Assembly: GCA_039683575.1 (NCBI GenBank)
Contig: JBDKRC010000253.1
Span: 1-20,742 of the forward strand
Direction: 5' to 3'
Length of the DNA: 20,742 nt
DNA from: Armatimonadia bacterium
GTDB lineage: Bacteria > Armatimonadota > Zipacnadia > Zipacnadales > UBA11051
The notes below the pieces were generated by a model that was not told the origin of the DNA, made no database searches, and saw nothing but the letters and a program-made list of their open reading frames with translations. Each line of letters begins with the position of its first letter. Position 1 is the stretch's first letter. This document shows positions 1 through 8,795 of this stretch, piece by piece. The position numbers were made by a program, and so were the translations under genes.

Positions 1-7
1 AGGCCTA

Positions 8-1024
8 GTGCGCAAGCTGGCGATCTGCATCGTCAACTGGAACACCCGCGACCTGCTGGACCGCTGCCTTCAGAGCATCCACGAGACCACCACCGGCGAT
101 CTCGCCTCCGGTTGCGCCGCCTCCGACTGTGCCGTTTCCGGCTGTGGGGCGGGGGCTCGTACCCCGCCGGCCGTTATCCGCGACAACCAGAGCGGCGGGG
201 TACAAGCCTGCGGATGCAGACATCCGCGGGCCCTACAGTCTGACACCGACACCGCTCTGGACGTCGAGACCATTGTCGTGGATAATGCCTCCGCCGACGG
301 CAGCGCCGACATGGTCCGCTCGAAGCACCCCTGGGCGCGGCTCATAGCCAACGACGACAACCTGTTCTATGCCGCGGCGAACAACCAGGCCCTACGAGCC
401 ACCGAGGCCCAGTACAAGCTGCTTCTGAACCCTGACATCATCGTCCATCCCGGCAGCTTGCAGACCCTCCTGCGGTTTATGGATGACCACCCGCAGGCCG
501 GCGCTGTCGCTCCGCGCCTTCTCGGGCTCGAGGGCGAAGTCCAGCACACCTGCCGCAGCTTCCCTGACCCGGACGTGGTCATCTACGAGGCGCTGGGTCT
601 GAGCCGCCTGTTTCCGCGCAGCCACACTTTCGGCAAGTACCGCATGACATGGTGGGACTATGGCGACACTCGCACGGTAGACCAGCCGATGGCCTCAGCG
701 CTGCTGGTGCGGAACGAGGCCCTGCAGGCCGTGGGCCTGTTTGACGAGCAGTTCCCGATGTTTTTCAACGATGTGGACCTCTGCCGCCGCCTCTGGGACG
801 GCGGCTGGGAGGTCTGGTTTACGCCTGACGCCGAGATGACCCACCTCGGCGGCGCCGCGACCCGCCAGGTCCGCCGCGCGATGATCCTTGCCTCCCACGA
901 GGGGTTCTTGCGGTACTACCGCAAGCACTACCGCGGCCGGACCAACCCGCTGGCCTATCACCTGGCGGTGGCCTTGCTGCGGCTGGGGCAGTGGGTCAGG
1001 CTACTACGCGCAACCAAGCTCTAA
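8..1024 (+). CDS. Glycosyltransferase family 2 (WbbL/rhamnosyltransferase-like) with a ~54-aa in-frame insertion near the N terminus
   Basis: Motifs IVNWN, IVVDNASADGS, N.FYAAANNQ, LLLNPD, GLFDEQFPMFFNDVDLCRR and H.GG. The GTG start overlaps an upstream TAG (ctaGTG), suggesting the operon continues to the left. Confidence 0.92.
   Translation: MRKLAICIVNWNTRDLLDRCLQSIHETTTGDLASGCAASDCAVSGCGAGARTPPAVIRDNQSGGVQACGCRHPRALQSDTDTALDVETIVVDNASADGSADMVRSKHPWARLIANDDNLFYAAANNQALRATEAQYKLLLNPDIIVHPGSLQTLLRFMDDHPQAGAVAPRLLGLEGEVQHTCRSFPDPDVVIYEALGLSRLFPRSHTFGKYRMTWWDYGDTRTVDQPMASALLVRNEALQAVGLFDEQFPMFFNDVDLCRRLWDGGWEVWFTPDAEMTHLGGAATRQVRRAMILASHEGFLRYYRKHYRGRTNPLAYHLAVALLRLGQWVRLLRATKL
142..238. repeat. 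REP-like inverted doublet, copy 1, inside the CDS
   Basis: CTGTGGGGCGGGGGCTCGTACCCCGCCGGCCGTTATC...GCGGCGGGGTACAAGCC...GCCCTACAG. Closely similar to the intergenic copies at 1225-1325 and 4721-4802. Confidence 0.9.
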
Positions 1025-1034
1025 GGAGCGCACC

Positions 1035-1208
1035 ATGAGCGACGAACAGAAGATTGACGCAATGCTGCTGGAGATCCTGGCCTGCCCGGCCTGCAAAGAG
1101 CCCGTGAAGCAGGAAGGCGACAAGATCGTCTGCACCAAGTGCGGCCGTAAGTACCCGATCCGCGAAGGCATCCCCGTGATGTTGATAGACGAGTCCGAGG
1201 AGGGGTAA
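1035..1208 (+). CDS. Trm112/UPF0434 (YcaR-like) small zinc-binding protein
   Basis: LLEILACPACK...VCTKCGRKYPIREGIPVML matches the Trm112 family pattern. AAGGAG RBS lies upstream of the ATG at 1035. Confidence 0.92.
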   Translation: MSDEQKIDAMLLEILACPACKEPVKQEGDKIVCTKCGRKYPIREGIPVMLIDESEEG

Positions 1209-1224
1209 GGAACGCCTCACTCCG

Positions 1225-1325
1225 CTGTAGGGCGGGGGCTTGTACCCCGCCGGCCGTTATCTATGACTACCCAACCGCGGCGGGGTGCAAGCCCCCTGCG
1301 GCGCCGACGTCGCTACGCCCTACAG
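1225..1325. repeat. REP-like inverted doublet, copy 2
   Basis: CTGTAGGGCGGGGGCTTGTACCCCGCC...GGCGGGGTGCAAGCCCCC-[extra hairpin]-CGCCCTACAG. Terminal CTGTAGGGCG/CGCCCTACAG inverted repeat. Confidence 0.9.
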
Positions 1326-1356
1326 CCGGACGCCGACGTCCTTTCCTCACGTCTTC

Positions 1357-1379
1357 GTAGGCCGGGCGTCTCGCCCGGC
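1357..1379 (+). repeat. Single GTAG-type REP hairpin
   Basis: GTAG-GCCGGGCG-TCT-CGCCCGGC, a perfect 8-bp stem preceded by GTAG. Confidence 0.7.
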
Positions 1380-1421
1380 TCCGGCTGCGGCCATCAAACG
1401 CCTTCACACTGGACCTTACCC

Positions 1422-2306
1422 GTGACCGAACGCCTCCCTCTCAGCATCATCATCGTCAGTTGGAACGTGCAGCGTGACCTTCGCCTGTGCCTCGAGTCTC
1501 TTCGCGACAATGCTGACATCAACTGCGAGATTATCGTCGTTGACAACGCCTCCACCGACGGCACCCTCGACATGCTTCGGGAGTTCCCGGAAGTGCGCCT
1601 GATCGCCAACTCCGACAACCGGGGTTTCGCAGCGGCCAATAACCAGGCCCTGACCATCGCTCGCGGAGACTGGCTCTTCCTGCTCAACCCCGACACCATC
1701 ACGCCGCCTGGCGCCTTGAAGACGCTTCTGGACTTTGCCCAGACCCACCCCGAGGCCGGGGCCGTTGGCCCGCGCCTGCTCAACTCTGACGGCTCGCTGC
1801 AGTACTCCTGCCGGCGCTTTCCCACCGTCCGCGCGGCCCTGTATCGCCACACCATCTTCGGCCGGCTCTTCCCGCGTGCTCGCGCGGCCCAGGAGTATCT
1901 CATGGCCGAGTGTGACCATGAGAGTGTGCAGGATGTGGACTGGATCTCCGGCGCGGCCATGCTGATCAACCGCCAGGCCTATGACCAGATCGGCGGGCTC
2001 GACGAGGGCTTCTATTGGGGCTCGGAGGATGTGGACTACTGCTTCCGGCTGCATCACCGCGGCTGGAAGGTACTCTATACGCCGGAGCCCGCCATTACTC
2101 ACGCCATCGGGCGCAGCACCGACCGTGTGATCATCCCCACGATCATCCGCACCCACCGCAGCATGCAGCGTCTCTACACAAAGTACTTTACGCGTAACCT
2201 GGCGCAGCGCCTCATCGTCACCGCCGGCATCTGGGTCCGCGCCGCCCTGTTGATTGCCTCGGTATGGATCAAACTCCAGTTTCTGAAGCTCAAGAAGAAG
2301 AGATGA
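1422..2306 (+). CDS. Glycosyltransferase family 2, paralog of 8..1024
   Basis: Motifs LSIIIVSWN, IIVVDNASTDG, NRGFAAANNQ, LLNPD, VDWISGAAML and GGLDEGFYWGSEDVDYC. Start moved to GTG 1422 because the ORF-track extension from 1263 runs through REP DNA. Confidence 0.92.
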   Translation: MTERLPLSIIIVSWNVQRDLRLCLESLRDNADINCEIIVVDNASTDGTLDMLREFPEVRLIANSDNRGFAAANNQALTIARGDWLFLLNPDTITPPGALKTLLDFAQTHPEAGAVGPRLLNSDGSLQYSCRRFPTVRAALYRHTIFGRLFPRARAAQEYLMAECDHESVQDVDWISGAAMLINRQAYDQIGGLDEGFYWGSEDVDYCFRLHHRGWKVLYTPEPAITHAIGRSTDRVIIPTIIRTHRSMQRLYTKYFTRNLAQRLIVTAGIWVRAALLIASVWIKLQFLKLKKKR

Positions 2307-4726
2307 AGCTCAAAGTCCCCGATTTCGCGATCATCCTGATCATCTGCCTCCTTCCGCTGCTGCCGCTTCTGGCTGGCAAGCTGTGGGTGTGGCAGGCCCT
2401 GCTGGTAGTGCTGGTGGTGGCTGCGGCCCTGCTGGTGTACCTTCTCGCCGGCAAGCCCTCGCCCCGCGCCGCTCTTCCCGGTGACCTCATAGACTGGGCC
2501 CTCGCTCTTTTCATCCTCTGGTCTGCCTTCTCATGGTTCGTTTCCGTCTACCGCTTCGCCAGCGAGGTCTACCTGGCCAAGTTGCTCGCCTGCGCGGGCG
2601 TCTTCTGGCTACTCCGCTACGGTCTCCGGCGCGAGAAGCTGCGACACGCAGCGCTCTGGGGCCTCGTCGGCGGTGGGGCCCTCCTCGGCGTCCTCGGCCT
2701 GCGCGAGTATGTGCGCACCGTCCACTTCCTCGGCGACACGCAGTGGCGCGTCTTCGGCCCCATGTTCAATCCCAACATCGCCGCCGGGTACCTCCTCCTC
2801 ACGGTCTTTCCCGCCCTCGCGCTGCTCTTCGGCGGACCGGAACGGGCTGAGGCAAAGCCACCAATCGCCGAGCCCGTCCCCGGCACGAAGAAGAGGCAAC
2901 CTGCGAAGAAGCCTGCGCCCTCTACGCAGCAGGCGGAGCAGGAGCCTCCTCCTCGTTACCGCGAAATCGCCACGGGCTTCGCCGTCCTGCTGATGTTGGC
3001 CACACTGCTCCTGACCGGCTCCAAGGCCGCCCTCGGCGCCTTCCTGATCGGCGGGGTGATCTTTGGCCTGCTCGCCTTCGGCCCCGATCGCAAAGGCAAA
3101 CTCGCGCGCCTGGTGATACTCGGGTTGGTGGGCGTGATGGTAGTCATGGCCTTCAGCCTCCCACCGATCCGCACCCGGATTGTCAACGCCTTCGGCTGGC
3201 AGAGCCACTCGGCCGTCTTCCGCGCCTACACCTGGCAGTCCACGCTGCACATGATCGCCGACCGTCCCGTACTGGGCTTTGGCGCCGGTGCCTACGAGAA
3301 CGCCTTCCCACGCTATGCCATCGCCGGCTTCACGCGGCAGGCACATCAGGCTTTCCTGCAGATCGCCGCTGAATCCGGTCTTCCCGCGCTCGCCTTCGGC
3401 CTGCTCTTCGGCCTCGCGTTGCTATGGAAGCTGTGGCGGCTGACGCGTGGTGACGCTCCCGCGCTGCGCCGCCTCCTCGGCGCCGCGGCCGTGGCCGGAC
3501 TGGTGGCCTCCTCACTGCAAGAGTTGGCGGACTACGCCTGGTATGTGCCCGCGGTGGGCCTGAGCTTCTTCGCTTTGGCCGGGCTCGGCCTTGCGGGTGG
3601 ACAAACAGCCCCGGCGGAACCTCAGCAAGCCCAACTGAAGCGCACTGGTTGGCACTGGGTCGCAGTCGCCCTTACCGCCGGGTTGGCGCTCTGGTCAGTC
3701 ACCTGCCTGTATGGGGAGGTCGTGCTCGCGCGCGCCGATGCGCAGGCTATGGCGGGCGCCTATACCTCCGCTGCTGAGACTTACGCGGCTGCCGCGCGTC
3801 TGAACCCTCGGCAAGCCCGCGTTTGGGTGCAGCAGTCCAAGGTTGACGAGGCTCTCGCAGGAGGCGGAGAAGCCGGAGCACTTGACGGGGCCATCGCGGC
3901 GCGGCAGCGCGCTGTAGCCTTGCAGCCCACCGAGCCGCTACATCACCTCGCCCTGGCGCGCCTTTACGAAGAGGCTGGCCGGTTGCCGGACGCTTTGCAG
4001 CAAGCGCAGCAGGCTCTACAACTCTATCCGAACTACCCCCGTGGCCTCGCCACTCTGGCACGTCTGCAACAGGCCAGCGGGCAGAAGCAGCAGGCCCTGC
4101 AGACGTATCAGCGCCTGCAGGCGCTTCACCGGTCGCCTGTGGGCCTATACCCGCCGGTCGCGGAGATGCCGGACACTGCCTTTGCCTACGGCTGGCTGGG
4201 CACGGGTGACCATCACTGGGAGCGAGGCGAGAAGACGCTCGCACTCTTGGATTACTACCAGGCGGTACGCCTGCTTCGTGACGCACTTACCCTGCAGATG
4301 AGTGCGCAGGCAAAGACCGGCGAGCAGCTCTTTGGGCGGATGGAGGACGACGCGGCGCTGGCTCGCGAACTCCGAGCCCGCCTCATGCGCGATAACCGGG
4401 CGTTGTCGGTCATGATGATGGTGCAGCTTCACCAGGCGCTGCGTGAAGCTGACGAAGCGCGCAACCTGCTCGATTACGTCGTGTCAGGGCGCGCAGAGAC
4501 CAGGCTGCCATCCGACCAACTGGCCGCGGCCTGGGCCCGGCTCGAGCTGGCGAACCTGCTGAAAGCGGATAAGCAGGAGGGGGCGGCGATGGAGATGGCG
4601 AAGAAGGGCCTGCACGCCGCAAAAGCAGCGGAGGGAGCCGCGCCGGACGCCTTATCCCGCGAAGGCTGGACCCCTGACGAGGCAGCCCGGCTGCAGCGCG
4701 TGTCCTCATCGTTCAATTCGCTGTAG
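2303..4726 (+). CDS. O-antigen ligase (Wzy_C/WaaL-like) membrane protein with C-terminal TPR-like repeats
   Basis: Many TM helices. Motifs RVFGPMFNPNIAAGYL, LLTGSKAA, R.YTW.....MIADRPVLGFGAG and AHQAFLQIAAESG, followed by Ala-rich TPR-like repeats. ATG 2303 overlaps the upstream TGA (ATGA). Confidence 0.85.
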   Translation: MKLKVPDFAIILIICLLPLLPLLAGKLWVWQALLVVLVVAAALLVYLLAGKPSPRAALPGDLIDWALALFILWSAFSWFVSVYRFASEVYLAKLLACAGVFWLLRYGLRREKLRHAALWGLVGGGALLGVLGLREYVRTVHFLGDTQWRVFGPMFNPNIAAGYLLLTVFPALALLFGGPERAEAKPPIAEPVPGTKKRQPAKKPAPSTQQAEQEPPPRYREIATGFAVLLMLATLLLTGSKAALGAFLIGGVIFGLLAFGPDRKGKLARLVILGLVGVMVVMAFSLPPIRTRIVNAFGWQSHSAVFRAYTWQSTLHMIADRPVLGFGAGAYENAFPRYAIAGFTRQAHQAFLQIAAESGLPALAFGLLFGLALLWKLWRLTRGDAPALRRLLGAAAVAGLVASSLQELADYAWYVPAVGLSFFALAGLGLAGGQTAPAEPQQAQLKRTGWHWVAVALTAGLALWSVTCLYGEVVLARADAQAMAGAYTSAAETYAAAARLNPRQARVWVQQSKVDEALAGGGEAGALDGAIAARQRAVALQPTEPLHHLALARLYEEAGRLPDALQQAQQALQLYPNYPRGLATLARLQQASGQKQQALQTYQRLQALHRSPVGLYPPVAEMPDTAFAYGWLGTGDHHWERGEKTLALLDYYQAVRLLRDALTLQMSAQAKTGEQLFGRMEDDAALARELRARLMRDNRALSVMMMVQLHQALREADEARNLLDYVVSGRAETRLPSDQLAAAWARLELANLLKADKQEGAAMEMAKKGLHAAKAAEGAAPDALSREGWTPDEAARLQRVSSSFNSL

Positions 4727-4802
4727 GGCGGAGGCTCGTACCCCGCCGGCCGTTGTCCACGGTCACCGCGCGTGCGGCGGGGTACAAGCCCCCGCCCTAC
4801 AG
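4721..4802. repeat. REP-like inverted doublet, copy 3 (minimal form); supplies the TAG stop of the upstream gene
   Basis: CTGTAGGGCGGAGGCTCGTACCCCGCCG...CGGCGGGGTACAAGCCCCCGCCCTACAG, with ~28-bp arms and 2 mismatches. Confidence 0.92.
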
Positions 4803-4811
4803 TCTCACCGC

Positions 4812-4835
4812 GTAGTGCGGGCAGTAACGCCCGCA
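4812..4835 (+). repeat. Single GTAG-type REP-like hairpin
   Basis: GTAG-TGCGGGC-AGTAAC-GCCCGCA. Confidence 0.6.
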
Positions 4836-4855
4836 AAAGGCACTGGAGGGCCACC

Positions 4856-5296
4856 ATGGCAAACGTACTGGTGTTGCACGGACCGAACCTGAACCTCCTC
4901 GGTTTCAGGGAGCCAACCATTTACGGCGACAAGACCCTTGAGGACATCAACAACTCCATCAATGAGGAGGCGGCGCGCCTCGGCCTCAACGTTCGCATCT
5001 TCCAAAGCAACCACGAGGGGCACCTCGTAGAGGCGATCCAGCAGGCGCATGGCTGGGCGGATGCCATCATCATCAACCCGGCCGGCTACACCCACACCTC
5101 CGTGGTGCTGCGCGACACCATCGCCGCTGTGCGCCTGCCCACCGTCGAAGTGCACCTGAGCAACATCGCTGCCCGCGAGGAATTCCGCCACCGCTCGGTC
5201 CTCGCCCCCGCGTGCGTCGGCCAGATCTCGGGCTTCCACTGGCTGAGCTACATTCTGGCCCTGCATGCGGTCAAAGGCTACCTGGAACAGAAATGA
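4856..5296 (+). CDS. aroQ: Type II 3-dehydroquinate dehydratase
   Basis: Motifs [35 protein letters not shown] and [23 protein letters not shown] precedes ATG 4856. Confidence 0.97.
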   Translation: MANVLVLHGPNLNLLGFREPTIYGDKTLEDINNSINEEAARLGLNVRIFQSNHEGHLVEAIQQAHGWADAIIINPAGYTHTSVVLRDTIAAVRLPTVEVHLSNIAAREEFRHRSVLAPACVGQISGFHWLSYILALHAVKGYLEQK

Positions 5297-6360
5297 GTGC
5301 CTCACACGACCAGCGGCTGGCCCGCCTGCGGGAGAGAATGAGTGCCGAAGGCGTTGACGCGTTCGTCGTGACGTCGCCGGCGAACGTGCGGTATCTGAGC
5401 GGCTTTGTCGGTGAAGGCTACGTCGTCGTTGGCAAGCGCGACGCGGTGATATCAACCGATGGGCGCTACCGTGTCGAGGCGGGAGAGGTCGCCGACTGCG
5501 GCGAAGCCCTCTTCCACACGGGCGGCCACCTGGCGGGAGCGGCCGACGGCGTTCGGAAGTTCGGCGCAGGCGCGGCGGCCTTTGAGTCCGAGCATCTGAC
5601 CTATCAGGCCTACCAAAGCCTGGCCGGCAAGCTCTCGGGGGTGCCGCTGCACCCGGCGGAGCGCTGGGTGGAAGAACTGCGGGTAGTGAAGGACGAGGGC
5701 GAGATCGCCCTGATGCGGGTAGCCTGTGATAAGATCGACGCGGCGCTGGCGGCCTTCCTGCCCGGAGCCGATCCCGGGAAGACCGAGTGCCAACTCGCCC
5801 TGGAACTGCAGATGGCAATGGTGGAACTGGAGACCGAGCCGGCCTTCGCCACGATCATGGCCTCGGGTACGTCTTGTGCGCGCCCGCATGCAGTGCCGTG
5901 CGCGCGGGTGCTCTGCCAGGCCGAGATGCTGAAGATTGACGCGGGGGCCCGCTGGATGGGCTACTGCTCCGACATCACTCGAACCTATTTCTTCGGCAAG
6001 CCGGACGCGAAGTTCCACGAGATCTACAACCTCGTAAAGACCGCCCAGCAAGCCGCGGTGGACGCGGCTCGCCCCGGCCTCACCGGCCGCGAACTCGATG
6101 CCGTAGCGCGGGATATCATCGTCGCGGCGGGCTACGGCGACAGCTTTGGCCACGGTCTCGGCCACGGCGTAGGTCTCGAAGTGCACGAGGCCCCGAGGGT
6201 TTCGAGCCGCAGCGAGGACATAATGGAGCCGGGGATGATCGTGACGATTGAGCCCGGCATCTACATCGAAGGCTGGGGTGGCGTGCGTATCGAGGACACG
6301 GTGCTGATCACCGATGACGGTTGTGAAGCCCTGACGCACGCACCGAAGGGCGATTACTAG
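5293..6360 (+). CDS. Xaa-Pro peptidase (M24 family, aminopeptidase P/PepQ/YqhT-like)
   Basis: Creatinase-type N terminus ([13 protein letters not shown]), then IDAG...[26 protein letters not shown] and [22 protein letters not shown] overlap with aroQ. Confidence 0.95.
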   Translation: MSASHDQRLARLRERMSAEGVDAFVVTSPANVRYLSGFVGEGYVVVGKRDAVISTDGRYRVEAGEVADCGEALFHTGGHLAGAADGVRKFGAGAAAFESEHLTYQAYQSLAGKLSGVPLHPAERWVEELRVVKDEGEIALMRVACDKIDAALAAFLPGADPGKTECQLALELQMAMVELETEPAFATIMASGTSCARPHAVPCARVLCQAEMLKIDAGARWMGYCSDITRTYFFGKPDAKFHEIYNLVKTAQQAAVDAARPGLTGRELDAVARDIIVAAGYGDSFGHGLGHGVGLEVHEAPRVSSRSEDIMEPGMIVTIEPGIYIEGWGGVRIEDTVLITDDGCEALTHAPKGDY

Positions 6361-6458
6361 GCCCAATCCCGCGTAGCGCGAGCATCCCGCCCGCTCCCGC
6401 CGTCAGCGAGACGATTCAGACAAACGATTTCCCCCTGGAAGTCCCACTGTTGAGGCAG

Positions 6459-6487
6459 TTGCCACGACGGTCGCTATTTGTTATATT
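6459..6487 (+). promoter_or_regulatory. Putative sigma70 promoter for dapB-asd
   Basis: TTGCCA (6459-6464), a 17-nt spacer ending in TGT (extended -10), then TATATT (6482-6487). AT-rich patch in GC-rich DNA. Confidence 0.7.
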
Positions 6488-6499
6488 GATATAACAAAT
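6476..6499. promoter_or_regulatory. Perfect 11-2-11 palindrome, putative repressor operator
   Basis: ATTTGTTATAT-TG-ATATAACAAAT, overlapping the -10 and predicted +1. Confidence 0.7.
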
Positions 6500-6562
6500 G
6501 CCTTCCTCTGGCCACCAGCGGCCCTTCCCGGCCCCTCCTGGCCACCCTGACCTTCCGAAGAG

Positions 6563-7372
6563 GTGAGTACCACGAACCCCATCCGCGTGCTTGTCACCGG
6601 CGTCTGCGGACGCATGGGCTCTCTGGTCGCCAAGACCATCCATGAAGCCCCCGATATGGAACTCGTCGCTGCCGTAGACCCCGCCGGCGTAGGCCACTCC
6701 CTGAGCGAATACGCGCCCGGCCTGCCCGACTTGCCTGTCAGCGGCCATCTTACGGGTGCCATCGAGGACTATGAGCCCGAGGTGCTCGTAGACTTCACCG
6801 CCCCCGCAGTGGTCATGAGCAACATCAAGACGGCCCTGACCGCCGGCGTCGCCTGCGTAGTAGGCACCACTGGCTTCAAAGACACTGATCTGCAGGTCGT
6901 GCAGAAGCTTTGCGACAGTAGGAACACGCCCGCCATCATCGCCCCCAATTTCTCCCTCGGGGCCGTGCTGATGATGAAGTACGCAGCCAATGCCGGGAAA
7001 GTATTCGACTACGCCGAGATCATTGAGTACCACCACGAGATGAAAAAGGACTCGCCCTCCGGTACCGCCGTCAAGACGGCCGAGATGATGGCAGAGGCCC
7101 GTGGCACTTCGTTCGAGTCGCCGGCGACAGAGATGGAGCGCGTGCCGGGCTGCCGCGGCGGCGAGATGGACGGCATTCGCATCCATGCCGTGCGCTTGCA
7201 GGGCTTCGTAGCCAATCAGGAAGTGATCTTCGGTGGCCAGGGCGAGACGCTGTCCATCCACCACGTCACCACCAGCCGCGAATCATTCATGCCCGGCGTA
7301 GTTTTGGCCGTGCGCAAAGTCCGCGAGCAAACCGGCCTGGTCTACGGCCTCGAACACGTCCTGGACCTGTAA
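6563..7372 (+). CDS. dapB: 4-hydroxy-tetrahydrodipicolinate reductase
   Basis: Motifs GVCGRMG, VLVDFT, VVGTTG, APNFSLGA, EYHHEMKKDSPSGTA and R.SFMPGV. Confidence 0.97.
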   Translation: MSTTNPIRVLVTGVCGRMGSLVAKTIHEAPDMELVAAVDPAGVGHSLSEYAPGLPDLPVSGHLTGAIEDYEPEVLVDFTAPAVVMSNIKTALTAGVACVVGTTGFKDTDLQVVQKLCDSRNTPAIIAPNFSLGAVLMMKYAANAGKVFDYAEIIEYHHEMKKDSPSGTAVKTAEMMAEARGTSFESPATEMERVPGCRGGEMDGIRIHAVRLQGFVANQEVIFGGQGETLSIHHVTTSRESFMPGVVLAVRKVREQTGLVYGLEHVLDL

Positions 7373-7380
7373 GCCTCAGA

Positions 7381-7466
7381 ACGCATGGTAGGCACACTCC
7401 GTGTGCCGGAACTTGCGACGAAGCACGCGCACTGAGTCCGGCATACGGAGTATGCCTACCACGCGT
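7381..7466. repeat. Inverted REP doublet (second sequence type) between dapB and asd
   Basis: 30-bp arms at 7381-7410 and 7437-7466 with 3 mismatches. Each arm reads GTAG-GCAYAC-TCC-GTRTGC. Confidence 0.88.
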
Positions 7467-7517
7467 CCAATAACACGCCTTTCACGTTTCACGCATCACG
7501 ATCCCAGGAGCATCAAA

Positions 7518-8630
7518 ATGGCACTCAAAGCTGCAATCGTAGGCGTCGGACCTGTCGGCGACAGGATCTGGCAATGTCTCAAAGAACGCAATTTTCCGCT
7601 GGCCGACGTGCCGGTGGTTATGGCCACTCGCGCCCGCACCGAGATCCTCGGCGGCGATGAAGTCGCGGTCAAAGAAGTGGCTGAGGAGTGGTTCGAGGGC
7701 GTGGACGTCGTCTTCTTCGCCGGGCGCGAGGGCGCCAAGGGCGCCTCGGTGCAGTGGGGCGAAGTCGCCATGAAGGCCGGGGCCGTCTGCATCGACAACG
7801 GCTCGGATTTCCGGCTGTACCCCGACATCCCGCTGGTCGTGCCCGAGGTCAACATGCACCATGTGACCGAAAACACCAAATTCATCGCCAGCCCCAACTG
7901 CTCCACGATCCAGATGATGGTCGCCCTCGCCCCGCTACACCGTGCTGCGACCGTCCGCCGCATCGTAGTCTCGACCTACCAGTCCGTATCCGGCTGGGGC
8001 GCGGCTGCCCAGGACGAGCTCCGCTCGCAGCTTCCCTGCCTGGTCGACGGTACCGAGGTTATCTGCAACCCGGGCATCTTCAACCGCCCCATCGCCCTCG
8101 ACTGCCTGCCGCACATCGACGCCTTCCTTGACAATGGCTACACCAAGGAAGAGATGAAGATGCTGCACGAGACGCGCAAGATCCTCGGCAGCGCTGACAT
8201 CGCGGTCACCGCGACCGCGGTGCGTGTGCCCGTGGAGATCGGCCACTCCGAGGCCATCAACGTCGAGTTCGAGGACCACATGGACGCCACCCTGGCGCAG
8301 GAGATACTTGGCGACCCGGTGCAGTCCGAGGGCGTCGTGCTCATCGACGGCCCGACCCAGAACCCCGAGCGGCTCGCATACCTGCAGAGCCAGAACAAGA
8401 AGTACAAGCTCTCCGCGGGCAACATGGAAGTCCAGGAGTACCAGTACCCGACCCAGCGTGACATCCTGAGCGATGCGTGGAAGGACATGACGCTCGTAGG
8501 TCGTGTGCGCGACGACAACTCCCGCCCCAACACCATCAACCTCTGGTGCGTGGCCGACAACCTCCGCAAGGGCGCGGCGACGAACGTAGTGCAGATCGCC
8601 GAGAAGATGATCGAGCGCGGGCTGCTGTAG
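7518..8630 (+). CDS. asd: Aspartate-semialdehyde dehydrogenase
   Basis: Motifs IDN.S.FR...IPLVVPEVN, catalytic PNCST, STYQSVSG.G, GYTKEEMK...ETRKI, RVPV..GHSE and ADNLRKGAATN.VQIAE. AGGAG RBS precedes ATG 7518. Confidence 0.96.
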   Translation: MALKAAIVGVGPVGDRIWQCLKERNFPLADVPVVMATRARTEILGGDEVAVKEVAEEWFEGVDVVFFAGREGAKGASVQWGEVAMKAGAVCIDNGSDFRLYPDIPLVVPEVNMHHVTENTKFIASPNCSTIQMMVALAPLHRAATVRRIVVSTYQSVSGWGAAAQDELRSQLPCLVDGTEVICNPGIFNRPIALDCLPHIDAFLDNGYTKEEMKMLHETRKILGSADIAVTATAVRVPVEIGHSEAINVEFEDHMDATLAQEILGDPVQSEGVVLIDGPTQNPERLAYLQSQNKKYKLSAGNMEVQEYQYPTQRDILSDAWKDMTLVGRVRDDNSRPNTINLWCVADNLRKGAATNVVQIAEKMIERGLL

Positions 8631-8641
8631 GGCAACAGCGC

Positions 8642-8686
8642 TGTCATTCTGAGCCCGGACGTCTGCGTCCGCGGCGAACGAATCCC
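8642..8686 (+). repeat. Palindromic intergenic element (GTCATTCTGAGC...GAATC type) with a nested hairpin
   Basis: TGTCATTCTGAGCC-CGGACG TCTG CGTCCG-CGGCGAACGAATCCC. Only one copy in the window, so the family assignment rests on recalled similarity. Confidence 0.4.
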
Positions 8687-8795
8687 CGGCGGCTCCTCAC
8701 CTTGAGGGGCCGCCGTTTTCATTGACTCTGAAGGCGGGGGAGGGGAGCGTGGCGAATATGCGGGAGTCGGCAACTGCCGGCATGGAGGTTTGTGG

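Noticed and set aside
143-148. GTAG-to-GTGG change in the coding REP as removal of a stop codon
   Set aside because: In the gene's frame the codons would be TGT AGG, so TAG is out of frame. GTGG is also a normal REP variant.
1263-1421. N-terminal extension of the second GT2 in the ORF track
   Set aside because: It translates REP DNA. GT2 similarity starts just after GTG 1422.
6361-6562. Lysine riboswitch upstream of dapB
   Set aside because: The leader after the predicted promoter is too short, and no recognisable aptamer or terminator is present.
7401-7517. N-terminal extension of asd (likewise aroQ from 4772 and the GT-C gene from 16682)
   Set aside because: These extensions start in or cross repeat DNA or overlap other genes. 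RBS and/or family similarity support the downstream starts.
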